Shown here: piece by piece, positions 18,370-27,727 of the stretch | Layout of the letters: the number at the start of each line of letters is the position of its first letter | Numbering within the stretch: the stretch's first letter is position 1 | Assembly (NCBI GenBank): GCA_964650425.1 | Contig: CAZYRG010000007.1 | Location: 1-37,543, forward strand | Length of the DNA: 37,543 nt | Source: an uncultured Flavobacteriaceae bacterium | Lineage (GTDB): Bacteria; Bacteroidota; Bacteroidia; Flavobacteriales; Flavobacteriaceae | Direction of reading: 5' to 3' | The notes under the pieces: generated by a model | The model's database searches: none | Told to the model about the DNA's origin: nothing | The model's input: the letters and a program-made list of their open reading frames with translations, nothing else | Position numbers and translations under genes: made by a program

Positions 18370-19704
18370 CTACAAAAGCCCTCGTGCTTTAATTTCCAGA
18401 TATTTGTTAATCGTATTGACCGTAAGATTTTCTGGAGCAGTAAGAATGGTTTGTATACCGTGTTTTTGGAGTTCGTTGACCATAACTTTTTTGTCAAAAA
18501 TAAATTGCTCAGCAATGGTTTGGTCATAGATTGCTTCTAGATTTTTGGCGTTTTCAGAAACAAAATTTTCTAGTTCTGTGTTTTTGAAAAAAATTACTAC
18601 TAATAAGTGTTTTTTTGCTAACGCTTGTAGATAAGGTAATTGTCTTCTAAGGGCAGAAATGTGTTCAAAATTGGTGTATAATAACAAAAGACTACGATGA
18701 TTGATTTGTCGTTTTACGGTAGCATATAACATCCCAAAATCAGCATCCAAAAATTGGGTCTCGATATTATACAAAGATTCGGAAATAGTATTCAGGTAGG
18801 TTTTTTTACTACTTGCCGGTAGAAAATTTGTAATGTTGTTAGAAAAGGCTAACATGCCAGTTTTATCATGCTTCTTTAACGCAATGTTAGAAAATGCCAA
18901 AGTGCTATTAATCGCATAATCTAGGAGCTTCAGTTCTTTGAACGGCATTTTCATCACACGACTTGTATCGATAATGGAATAGATCGGTTGTGATTTTTCA
19001 TCCTGATACTGATTGACCATTAGTCCACCGTGCTTGGCAGTAGCTTTCCAATTAATTGTTCTGACATCATCACCAGAGACATACTCTTTGATTTGTTCAA
19101 ATTCCATAGTGTGCCCAATCCTACGTATTTTCTTTAGTCCAAATGCAGTGAGTTTATTATCAATGGCTAGGAAATCATATTTTTTCATTTGAATAAAGGA
19201 AGGGTAGACTTTGACCATACCCTCTTTATCAAAACTATAACGTCGTTGAAGGAGACGCATTCGTGTAGTTACAAAAATATGAAGCGCTCCAAAATGATAG
19301 GGACCGCGTGCTACTGGACGCAACTGATATTCAAAATGGAGTGTTTCTTTTGGAGCAATTATTTTATGTTTTTCAAAATCTCTTTTTTGAAATTGTATCG
19401 GAACCTCGTCAATGATTTTGGTATAAATACTAAAACTGTAGTGGTTGGTAATTTGAACAGGAATCGGGTTGAGATCACTATTAGAAAATTTCTCTGGTAA
19501 TAATCGCTGGGCAATCACACCATTTTTTGGATGATATAACACAAATGTATCTATGACGATCATAATAATAAACGTCCAGAGTGCAAACCAAGTACTGGGG
19601 TATAAGGAAGGAAACCAATACGATAGTAAAAAGCATACGGCTAGTATCGCCAGTATGTAAAATACGCGTTGGTGAATGTACAGGGATTTGAAGAATTGAA
19701 TCAA
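18370..19704 (-). CDS. DUF58 domain (vWA-like) protein
   Basis: N-terminal TM helices, EFEQIKEYVSGDDVRTINWKATA, NQYQDE and IDTSRVM; downstream of moxR. Confidence 0.9.
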   Translation of the reverse strand: MIQFFKSLYIHQRVFYILAILAVCFLLSYWFPSLYPSTWFALWTFIIMIVIDTFVLYHPKNGVIAQRLLPEKFSNSDLNPIPVQITNHYSFSIYTKIIDEVPIQFQKRDFEKHKIIAPKETLHFEYQLRPVARGPYHFGALHIFVTTRMRLLQRRYSFDKEGMVKVYPSFIQMKKYDFLAIDNKLTAFGLKKIRRIGHTMEFEQIKEYVSGDDVRTINWKATAKHGGLMVNQYQDEKSQPIYSIIDTSRVMKMPFKELKLLDYAINSTLAFSNIALKKHDKTGMLAFSNNITNFLPASSKKTYLNTISESLYNIETQFLDADFGMLYATVKRQINHRSLLLLYTNFEHISALRRQLPYLQALAKKHLLVVIFFKNTELENFVSENAKNLEAIYDQTIAEQFIFDKKVMVNELQKHGIQTILTAPENLTVNTINKYLEIKARGLL

Positions 19705-19705
19705 A

Positions 19706-20722
19706 CTATCTAGGGATTTCTACAGATTGAATAATCATTTCTATCACATTTTCTGTGGTGATACCTTCCATTTCTTTTTCCGGAGAAAGGATCACGCGAT
19801 GGCGCAATACTGGAAATAACGTTTTTTTAATATCTTCTGGAGTGACAAAATCTCTCCCATTGATCGCCGCAAATGCTTTTGAGGCATTCATAACCGCTAT
19901 TGAAGCCCTTGGAGACGCTCCTAAATAGAGATGAGGATGTTGTCTGGTTTTTTCAATAATAGCAGCGATGTAACCAAATATTTTTTCTTCAATCTTGACT
20001 TCTCGGATCTGTTGTTTGAATAGGGCTAATTTTTCTTTGTCTAGAATAGTCTCAATGATCTTTGCTGGATCCTTAACTTTTCGCTCGTGATGCGTTTTTA
20101 GAATTTGGACCTCTTCATCGAGAGAAGGATATCCAATACTGATATGGAACAAAAAACGATCTAATTGTGCCTCAGGAAGGGCATAGGTGCCTTCTTGTTC
20201 TATAGGGTTTTGTGTGGCTAGTACCATAAAGGGAGGTTCCATCACATATCGAATGCCATCGATAGTGACCTGTTTCTCTTCCATCACCTCAAAGAGTGCA
20301 GCTTGTGTTTTTGCTGGAGCTCTATTGATCTCATCGATAAGTACCATGTTGGAAAAAATAGGCCCTTTTTTAAACTCAAAATCACTGGTTTTCATATTCA
20401 GAACAGAAGTTCCTAATACATCACTAGGCATCAAATCTGGTGTGAATTGTATTCTGCTAAAATCGGTTTGAAGTGTTTTAGCAAATAACTTAGCTGTGAT
20501 AGTCTTGGCAATTCCAGGAACTCCTTCGATCAAAACATGGCCATCGGATAGCAATGCCACTATCAATAATTCAATGAATTCTTGTTGACCAATAATGACT
20601 TTGGCCAATTCATTTTTTAGTTCGATGACTTTTTCTTGTAATTCTTTTAGATCGATACTACTTTCAAAACCTAGTGCATTCGTTTTTTCTTCAGGGTTTT
20701 GTGATGCTTGTTCGTTCTCCAT
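19706..20722 (-). CDS. moxR: MoxR-family AAA+ ATPase
   Basis: GHVLIEGVPGIAKT (Walker A), RIQFTPDLMPSD, LIDEINRAPAKTQ and ATQNPIEQEGTYALPEAQLDRF. Confidence 0.95.
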   Translation of the reverse strand: MENEQASQNPEEKTNALGFESSIDLKELQEKVIELKNELAKVIIGQQEFIELLIVALLSDGHVLIEGVPGIAKTITAKLFAKTLQTDFSRIQFTPDLMPSDVLGTSVLNMKTSDFEFKKGPIFSNMVLIDEINRAPAKTQAALFEVMEEKQVTIDGIRYVMEPPFMVLATQNPIEQEGTYALPEAQLDRFLFHISIGYPSLDEEVQILKTHHERKVKDPAKIIETILDKEKLALFKQQIREVKIEEKIFGYIAAIIEKTRQHPHLYLGASPRASIAVMNASKAFAAINGRDFVTPEDIKKTLFPVLRHRVILSPEKEMEGITTENVIEMIIQSVEIPR

Positions 20723-20733
20723 TTTAGGTCTTT

Positions 20734-22023
20734 TTAGGATACTGTTGTATTCGTTTTTGTCTCTTTAAATTCTGCAATTATGGTGTGTAATTTGAACAAT
20801 TCTTCACTACTGACGGTTGTTTTTTGAGTAATATGATTCATATAGTCAAAAAGTGCTTTGGTATCTTCGATAGTATTCATGCTTCTTGAAGCAATATGTT
20901 GCAAGCTTTGTTGATCCATATGATCCGTTGGTACACGCAATACCTCTCTAACATAATCCAATACTTGTACTTGTAATTTTCTCGCTATTTCTGTATGCTG
21001 TTGTTTTTCAAAATACATCCCACTAATAGTTTTGGTAAATGCCAAGGTCTGATTTTTTAGAGGTGTAATCACTGGGATGCTTCGCTGTTTCCTTTTTCCT
21101 TCAAACAGTACAAAAAGTAGCACACCAAGAAGTAATAAGTAATAGGCACTTTTTAGATATTTATTACCAAGCAAAATATACAGCGGCGAGGTGTAGAATT
21201 TTTTACCTGATTTATAGTATTTGTCCCATAAAATGGTCGTCTCAGGTTCTAGATAAGACATGATATTTTGTGGGTAGGTGTATTGTTCTTTATCCAACAC
21301 AAAATAATTACTAAACCCTTCGGGAAAGGTATGTAACAAAATGGCGCCTTTTCCAAAAGTATGTTTGATAAAGTTGACTTTTGCTTTTTGGATCGTATCT
21401 GATAGTTTTGATGCTGTGCTAAAAGGTTGCTTTCCTATATTAATGGAATCTTTTTTAGCGTTCATAAGCCGCATAGTTCCCAATACTAAGGTTTTACAGG
21501 TGTCAATTTTATTAAAGCTCAAAGCCGTTCCCTCCCGATCATAATGATAAGGGGTAGCGCTATGAAATGTAGGGTGTATTAGTACTACTTCTTGCTGTGT
21601 AGAAAATTCATCTAAAGCAACGTTATTTTCAATATCAAGTTTTAAAGTGTCTAATAATTCACTATTAAATCCTTTACTACTTATGAATACTGTATTGCCA
21701 CGATCTACCCAATCCAATAGTTCGTCCAGTTCTGAATTGTCAAAACTAATATGGTTATTGAGGAAAAAATAGGTTTGATTAATGGCAGTGGTATCACGAC
21801 TCAAAAAGTCGTAAGGAGGGCTGTTAATTTCCTTTAGCGCAACTTTTGGTTGCTGATTTTTGAGTGCGTCAAAAAACACATAGGTGCCAAATGGAATTTT
21901 GTCAGAACGCACATAACTTGGAAGCCAATTGACCTGTTTTGGAGCACTAGATTCTAGGTATACGATCATACCTAGCAGTGCCAGTAAAATAACAAGATAT
22001 ATTTTTAATCGTTTCTTTTCCAC
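20734..22023 (-). CDS. DUF4350 domain membrane protein
   Basis: N-terminal anchor, DKIPFGTY, LLDWVDRGNTVFIS, a second TM then KRKQRSIP; position in the MoxR operon. Confidence 0.8.
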   Translation of the reverse strand: MEKKRLKIYLVILLALLGMIVYLESSAPKQVNWLPSYVRSDKIPFGTYVFFDALKNQQPKVALKEINSPPYDFLSRDTTAINQTYFFLNNHISFDNSELDELLDWVDRGNTVFISSKGFNSELLDTLKLDIENNVALDEFSTQQEVVLIHPTFHSATPYHYDREGTALSFNKIDTCKTLVLGTMRLMNAKKDSINIGKQPFSTASKLSDTIQKAKVNFIKHTFGKGAILLHTFPEGFSNYFVLDKEQYTYPQNIMSYLEPETTILWDKYYKSGKKFYTSPLYILLGNKYLKSAYYLLLLGVLLFVLFEGKRKQRSIPVITPLKNQTLAFTKTISGMYFEKQQHTEIARKLQVQVLDYVREVLRVPTDHMDQQSLQHIASRSMNTIEDTKALFDYMNHITQKTTVSSEELFKLHTIIAEFKETKTNTTVS

Positions 22024-22770
22024 TTAATCAATTGCGTTTCGCATGGTATGAAATGCTGTTTCTAATTGTAAAAACAGCGGTTTGTCAATAGGAAAACTCC
22101 CGTACCATATAAAATCATAGGATCGCGTAAGTTTTCTGAATTGTTGTTGTAAATCGGGCTGTTGTAATTCTGTTAGATAATCAGTGTTCGTTTTTTGTGC
22201 TTCCCAGATGATCAATTCTTGCTCTTTTAACTTTTTTAGAATCGATAAATAATAGTATCGTACCGCTGCACGATATTCTTTTTGGCTGATGGCATCTGCG
22301 ATGAGTTGTTCTATATCTTGATTTTCAATAATGTCTTCGTCTTCAGATAAAATGACTTCTGGATTTTGCTGCTTTTCTGTGTATAAGTTAGAAGGGTTTA
22401 GCTTCATAAATAGCCATGTTATAAAAGCTAATAACCCAAGTATTAGGAGATAAGGTAAGGTTTGAAATAGTATGGACCAAAACCCTGTGATTTCTTCAAC
22501 ATCAAATAACCATCTAAATAATTTTTGGAATACTTGTTTGAACCAGTTTTTTAGTGTAGTCCAGAATCCTTCCTCATCTTTTTCTACTACATAATTGAAG
22601 TTAGAGTCATTTTTTAGTGCTTCAATTTTTTCTTTATTAAAGGTAACGGGGGTTTTGGCCTCATTCAAATCATAGATGACTTCTTTACATGGAATAGCAT
22701 TGCCGGTGTCTTGAGCAACAAAACACCAGCAATTTGTTAGGATGATAAGAATGACTAAAAATATTCGCAA
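22024..22770 (-). CDS. DUF4129 domain protein
   Basis: Central TM; C-terminal YRAAVRYYYL...KTNTDYL..E...FIWYG. Confidence 0.8.
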   Translation of the reverse strand: MRIFLVILIILTNCWCFVAQDTGNAIPCKEVIYDLNEAKTPVTFNKEKIEALKNDSNFNYVVEKDEEGFWTTLKNWFKQVFQKLFRWLFDVEEITGFWSILFQTLPYLLILGLLAFITWLFMKLNPSNLYTEKQQNPEVILSEDEDIIENQDIEQLIADAISQKEYRAAVRYYYLSILKKLKEQELIIWEAQKTNTDYLTELQQPDLQQQFRKLTRSYDFIWYGSFPIDKPLFLQLETAFHTMRNAID

Positions 22771-22771
22771 A

Positions 22772-23641
22772 CTATTCTGTTTTGCCTAGAGAATCAATTT
22801 GTTCTAATGTACCCGTAAAGTTTTTTCTTTCGTTGAGATTAAAGTAAATGAAGGCTACTCCAATTAAGGTAACACTGTATAATAATTGCTTTACAATTGT
22901 TGCTAGGATATTCAAAATGATAAATAACCAATCAGTACCTTCTGTATTTACAAACGAAATTTCACTAGACATGGACATTCCTTTCAAAGCACTATATATA
23001 ATTAGTGGGACTTGAAACACAGCAGATATTGCAAATACAACCAATAAAATTACTAATAATGATAAAAAACTATTCCACCATTCATCTTTTATTAGTTTAA
23101 AACTAGAGCTAATAGAATCTGAAATATCTCTATTTGCAAAGACCATAATGGCAAATGTAATACTCATAGGGACGTAGAGATAAATACCTGGAAGTATACA
23201 AAACATTGTACCGACACCAGCTATAATTCCTGATAGAAATGTAAGGCCTATAATCGACATGAATTGAGAATTCACTCCTTTTCTGACATCCTCTTCATTA
23301 ACAATACCATTATTTTGAATGTAAGATTTTATATAATATAATACAGTTCCAATTTGAAAAGCATAAAAAGCAACAATGGCAACCAGCATAATTACAGAAG
23401 ATAAAACCATGCCACCAGTATGAAATAGTCCATCATTAAGAATCGTTTCTGGGTTCATTAAACTTGAAGATGTATAAGAATAGTATGCTACTGCTGCTAA
23501 CAAGATAATAAATACTACTCCTGCTATTTTAAATAATAGGGTAAAAAGTTGCTTGTAATTTCCTCTTAAAAACGTAAAAGTATCACTTAGGATGTCTCCA
23601 ATCTCACGTTTCTTTTTGAATTCGATGTAATTTTCTGTCAT
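22772..23641 (-). CDS. Conserved multi-pass membrane protein (MoxR cluster)
   Basis: R.IGDILSDTF N-terminus, about 6 TM segments, C-terminal YFNLNERKN.TG. Confidence 0.8.
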   Translation of the reverse strand: MTENYIEFKKKREIGDILSDTFTFLRGNYKQLFTLLFKIAGVVFIILLAAVAYYSYTSSSLMNPETILNDGLFHTGGMVLSSVIMLVAIVAFYAFQIGTVLYYIKSYIQNNGIVNEEDVRKGVNSQFMSIIGLTFLSGIIAGVGTMFCILPGIYLYVPMSITFAIMVFANRDISDSISSSFKLIKDEWWNSFLSLLVILLVVFAISAVFQVPLIIYSALKGMSMSSEISFVNTEGTDWLFIILNILATIVKQLLYSVTLIGVAFIYFNLNERKNFTGTLEQIDSLGKTE

Positions 23642-24596
23642 TTTTAGGAATTTTATTTAGGATAATGGGGTAGACAATATAGTAGAAAATAATTAAACAT
23701 AAGGATGTGGCGATAATTAGAATGGCTAACCAATCAGGCATTTCGGTATGTCGGGTCACAAAACCTTCTAGAAATCCGGCGATAATAAAAAAAGGTATGG
23801 TACTAATCACAATTTTTAACCCAGCTTTTACGCCGTTTACGAAAGAGGTGAGTCTAGAGTAGGTCTTTGGAAAAAGGATACCATTACCAGCTACAAGACC
23901 TGCACAGCCTGCAATAATGATGACCGAAATCTCAATGGTGCCATGAATCCATATCGTGCGGACACTCTCCCAAAATAAGCCTTTTTCATAAAAGAAATAT
24001 TGAAAAGCACCTAACATAATCGCATTTTGCATAAGAATATATAGCGTGCCAACTCCTAGTAGTACGCCAAAAACAAAGGCCATTAAACCTACCTTTATAT
24101 TATTAATGGTAATGCCTAAGAACATATCCGTTTCTCCCATTTTTTTGTACACCGCCATGGGGTCATCATTGGCGATATTCTCTAAGGTCATATTCACATA
24201 AGCATCCCCAAGAATCATTCGAACAAAGCTTACATCACTTGCAGCTGAGTAGATGCCTACTGTTGCAAATAGTACAAACACAAAAAAGGCTATGGCTAGT
24301 TGTTTATGGTACAGGTAAAATTCCCGAGGAAACTCTTCTACCCAAAAGGTATAGATGCGATTTTTTTTCTCTTTTTTGGTTTTGTAGATTTTTTGATGTG
24401 CTTGGGAAGCTAGGCTGTTCAGGTATGCAGCTGTTTTGCTAGTGGGGTAAAATGTCTGAGCGTAACTCAAGTGATCCGTGATCTCTATGTATAAATCTGA
24501 TAGGGCATCAGGTGAAATCTTAGCATTATTTAGCAGAACACTTTCAAATTTTAACCATTTATCCTTATTTTGCCTTACAAAAGCTGCCTCACGCAT
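23604..24596 (-). CDS. SpoIIM (DUF95) family membrane protein
   Basis: MREAAFVRQNKDKW, DHLSYAQTFYP, ITINNIKV, IWIHGTIEI and AGFLEGFVT. Start moved to the ATG at 24596 to avoid overlap with the RDD gene. Confidence 0.88.
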   Translation of the reverse strand: MREAAFVRQNKDKWLKFESVLLNNAKISPDALSDLYIEITDHLSYAQTFYPTSKTAAYLNSLASQAHQKIYKTKKEKKNRIYTFWVEEFPREFYLYHKQLAIAFFVFVLFATVGIYSAASDVSFVRMILGDAYVNMTLENIANDDPMAVYKKMGETDMFLGITINNIKVGLMAFVFGVLLGVGTLYILMQNAIMLGAFQYFFYEKGLFWESVRTIWIHGTIEISVIIIAGCAGLVAGNGILFPKTYSRLTSFVNGVKAGLKIVISTIPFFIIAGFLEGFVTRHTEMPDWLAILIIATSLCLIIFYYIVYPIILNKIPKNDRKLHRIQKET

Positions 24597-24632
24597 TCGA
24601 TTATCATTTATAGTATCAAAGAAACAGAATTC

Positions 24633-25349
24633 ATGGATAACTTTCAAATAGAAACGGCGCAAAATGTTAGTATTTTGCAAAATACTGCTGGGATAGGGGA
24701 TCGAATATTAGCATATCTGATCGATTCCTTAATTATCATCGCCTACGTATTGGTACTTATTATTATCATTGCAAGTTTAGGTCTTGATATGGGAGGGCAA
24801 TGGGTGTACATGTTGCTGATGGGGCTACCTCCTTTTTTGTATTATCTGATTTGTGAGACTTTTTGGGATGGAAAAACACCTGGTAAGCAAGCAATGAAAA
24901 TACGGGTAGTGAAATTAGATGGTTCCAGACCCGCATTTTCTAATTATTTGGTTCGATGGTTACTTAGGATTATTGATATCGCTTTGGCTAGTGGTGGGGT
25001 GGCTATAGTTACGATCTTACTTAATGGGAAAGGACAACGTTTAGGAGATCTTGCCGCCGGAACTACAGTGATAAGTGAAAAGCAACGAGTGCAATTTAGG
25101 GATACGATTTTAGTGGAGATACCAGAAAATTACCAAGCAAAGTATCCCCAAGTAACTGTTTTTGATGATATGGAAATGCGAAAAATTAAGGGGATCTATG
25201 ATGATGCAAAACGTTCTTCTAACCATAATATTATCACAGAACTTTCGGATAAAGTTAGTACGCTAATGGATGTCACTCCAGAAGAAAAGCCGTTGCATTT
25301 TGTTGCAAAAGTAATTTCGGACTACAACTACTTCACACAAAATATGTGA
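24633..25349 (+). CDS. RDD family protein
   Basis: IETAQNV, GDRILAYLID, GKTPGK and QRLGDLAAGTTVI. Start at ATG 24633. Confidence 0.9.
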   Translation: MDNFQIETAQNVSILQNTAGIGDRILAYLIDSLIIIAYVLVLIIIIASLGLDMGGQWVYMLLMGLPPFLYYLICETFWDGKTPGKQAMKIRVVKLDGSRPAFSNYLVRWLLRIIDIALASGGVAIVTILLNGKGQRLGDLAAGTTVISEKQRVQFRDTILVEIPENYQAKYPQVTVFDDMEMRKIKGIYDDAKRSSNHNIITELSDKVSTLMDVTPEEKPLHFVAKVISDYNYFTQNM

Positions 25350-25356
25350 TTTTTCA

Positions 25357-25431
25357 AGTTCCGAGTTCTGAGTTCCGAGTTCAGTGTTACTTGTTACAAA
25401 ATCCATAACTCTGAACTCATAACTCTGAACT
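25357..25431. repeat. Inverted heptamer tandem array
   Basis: AGTTCCG AGTTCTG AGTTCCG AGTTCAG, a 19-nt spacer, then CATAACT CTGAACT CATAACT CTGAACT. Confidence 0.85.
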
Positions 25432-26176
25432 ATTCAAGAACCTCCACCTTCATAGGAATATCCACTTTGGGCCATTCGCTAAAATCCACTTCTACCTGAG
25501 CGATTTTGTCAGCAACATGCATACCTTTGATCACTTTTCCAAATATGGTGTGTTCTCCGTCTAAGTGGTACGCCCCTTTTTTGGCAACCACAATGAAAAA
25601 CTCAAATGGCGTGGATCGGTTAGAGGGATTATCAACCCAATGTTTGGAGAGTGCCACCATACCTCTATGGTGTTTTAATTCAGGAAAAAATTCTTGCGGT
25701 ACGGTGTAATTTCCAATTTCGGAACGTTTTTTACTCATAATGTGACTTTCGCTATTGCCACCTTGTATCACAAAATCCTTAGCTACTCGATAGAAGAGCG
25801 TCGTGTCAAAATATCCTTGTTTGGTCAAGTAAATAAAATTTGCTCTGTGGATCGGGGTTTTTCTAAAAAGACGAATCACAATATCACCAAACTCTGTGCT
25901 GATTTTGACTTTAGTTTCTTTGTTTTCTTTGCCGTAGTCGGCTAAAAAACTTCTCAGATTCTTATTCGTAATTTTAAAAGGTTCTTCCTCTTTTATTGTA
26001 TCTGTTATCGTATCAGTAGGAATAGTATCTGTTGTTTTGGTAATAGTCACGCTATCATTTGTGGTGCTAGGAGTTATTTTTGTAACTTCGGGAGTTGCTT
26101 TTTGTACTTTTTTTTCTGCATCGCTACAACTAATAAGTAACATGCCTCCTAGTATAATGATCCAAAATTTACGCAT
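25430..26176 (-). CDS. Cyclophilin-type peptidyl-prolyl isomerase, lipoprotein
   Basis: MRKFWIIILGGMLLISC lipoprotein signal, FYRVAKDFVIQGG and HLDGEHTIFGKV. Confidence 0.9.
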   Translation of the reverse strand: MRKFWIIILGGMLLISCSDAEKKVQKATPEVTKITPSTTNDSVTITKTTDTIPTDTITDTIKEEEPFKITNKNLRSFLADYGKENKETKVKISTEFGDIVIRLFRKTPIHRANFIYLTKQGYFDTTLFYRVAKDFVIQGGNSESHIMSKKRSEIGNYTVPQEFFPELKHHRGMVALSKHWVDNPSNRSTPFEFFIVVAKKGAYHLDGEHTIFGKVIKGMHVADKIAQVEVDFSEWPKVDIPMKVEVLE

Positions 26177-26178
26177 AC

Positions 26179-26823
26179 ATGACATTTGAAAACTTTAAAA
26201 AACTGCTACCAAAAATACATAAAATGTCTATACCTGGAGCTGTTGCACAACAGGAAATGGCACCAGCCATGCGTCAGAAAGCAATGGAGAAATTGGATTT
26301 GGCTGAGAAGAATCCCAGGCATGCAGCAGTATTGTTATTGTGTTACCCAAAATTTGGGGAAGTGTATTTTGTATTAATTCAACGTCCGGTATATGAAGGA
26401 GTGCACTCCGGTCAGATAGCGCTACCCGGAGGAAAAGTAGAGACGGAAGATGCAAGTTATAAACATGCGGCACTGCGAGAAACTTTTGAAGAGATAGGAG
26501 TGGAAGTTCCTATTATAAAGGTGATTAAAGAAATGACTAAAACGTATATACCGCCTTCTAACTTTTGGGTACATCCCTTTTTGGGTTATTCAGAAGAGTT
26601 ACCAGTGTTTGTAGCACAAGAAGAAGAAGTTGCAGCGATTATTGAGGTGTCGTTGGAAGAATTATTAGCAGATAAAAATATTTTTACCGATGTTTTAACC
26701 ACTTCCTATGCAAAAGCCATAGAAGTACCTGCTTTTAAGCTAAATGGTTATAGGGTTTGGGGAGCAACTGCTATGATGCTTAATGAACTTAAAGTCTTTT
26801 TAAAGACAGTCATACAAGCTTGA
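26179..26823 (+). CDS. Nudix hydrolase, CoA pyrophosphatase (NudL-like)
   Basis: LIQR...HSGQIALPGG plus the Nudix box GKVETEDASYKHAALRETFEEIG, and VWGATA. Confidence 0.9.
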   Translation: MTFENFKKLLPKIHKMSIPGAVAQQEMAPAMRQKAMEKLDLAEKNPRHAAVLLLCYPKFGEVYFVLIQRPVYEGVHSGQIALPGGKVETEDASYKHAALRETFEEIGVEVPIIKVIKEMTKTYIPPSNFWVHPFLGYSEELPVFVAQEEEVAAIIEVSLEELLADKNIFTDVLTTSYAKAIEVPAFKLNGYRVWGATAMMLNELKVFLKTVIQA

Positions 26824-26828
26824 TTTTG

Positions 26829-26836
26829 TATATTTG
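26829..26836 (+). promoter_or_regulatory. Putative -7 box (TATATTTG)
   Basis: 27 nt upstream of the ATG at 26864; supports that start over TTG at 26834. Confidence 0.5.
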
Positions 26837-26863
26837 TCTCTAGATTTAAACGAAACTAAGTTT

Positions 26864-27667
26864 ATGGGATTAATCAAAAGAAATCCTTTTGGTCATATAG
26901 TGTTCATAAAAAAATGGCTCATACGTATTTTTGGAGCTTTGACGCATAGACGTTACCGTGGTTTTAATGAACTTCAAATAGAAGGAAGCGATATCATCAA
27001 AAACCTTCCTGACAACAAAGTGCTTTTTGTTTCTAATCATCAGACCTATTTTGCGGATGTCGTATCCATGTTTCATGTTTTTAATGCAAGTCTTAGCGGT
27101 CGAACGGATTCTATCAAGAATATCGGTTATTTATGGCAGCCCAAAATGAATTTATATTACGTGGCTGCTAAAGAAACAATGCGAGCGGGATTATTAGCGA
27201 GACTTCTGGCTTATGCAGGAGCAATTACTGTAGAGCGTACTTGGAGAGCAAAAGGGCAAGATATAAATAGACAGGTCAAAATGAGCGATATTACCAATAT
27301 CGCTACGGCGCTGAAGGATGGTTGGGTAATTACTTTTCCGCAAGGAACTACCAAGCCTTTTAAACCGATCAGAAAAGGGACAGCACATATTATACGTCAG
27401 TATAAGCCTATCGTAATTCCGATTGTTATTGATGGTTTTCGTCGTTCTTTTGACAAAAAAGGACTTAGAATCAAGAAAAGAGGTATTCTTCAATCTTTTG
27501 TGATCAAAGAACCCTTGGAAATTGATTATGACAATGATTCTATAGATGATATTGTGCAGAAATTGGAGTATGCAATTGAGCAGCATCCGTCTTTCTTAAA
27601 AGTAATTCCGGCAGAAGAGTTAGAAGCAGAAGAAGCGCTGAACAAACAGCGTGAGTGGGAATATTAG
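26864..27667 (+). CDS. Lysophospholipid / glycerolipid acyltransferase (PlsC-like family)
   Basis: LFVSNHQTYFAD catalytic-type motif, YVAAKE and ITFPQGT. Confidence 0.85.
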   Translation: MGLIKRNPFGHIVFIKKWLIRIFGALTHRRYRGFNELQIEGSDIIKNLPDNKVLFVSNHQTYFADVVSMFHVFNASLSGRTDSIKNIGYLWQPKMNLYYVAAKETMRAGLLARLLAYAGAITVERTWRAKGQDINRQVKMSDITNIATALKDGWVITFPQGTTKPFKPIRKGTAHIIRQYKPIVIPIVIDGFRRSFDKKGLRIKKRGILQSFVIKEPLEIDYDNDSIDDIVQKLEYAIEQHPSFLKVIPAEELEAEEALNKQREWEY

Positions 27668-27727
27668 GTTTCTGGTTTCTGGTTTTTTTTTCGGCGAAGC
27701 CGAAAAAAAACTCTAAACTCTAAACTC
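27667..27727. repeat. Heptamer arrays flanking a T9-CGGCGAAGCCG-A8 palindrome
   Basis: GGTTTCT GGTTTCT GGTTTTT, hairpin at 27683-27710, then AAAACTC TAAACTC TAAACTC. Confidence 0.8.
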
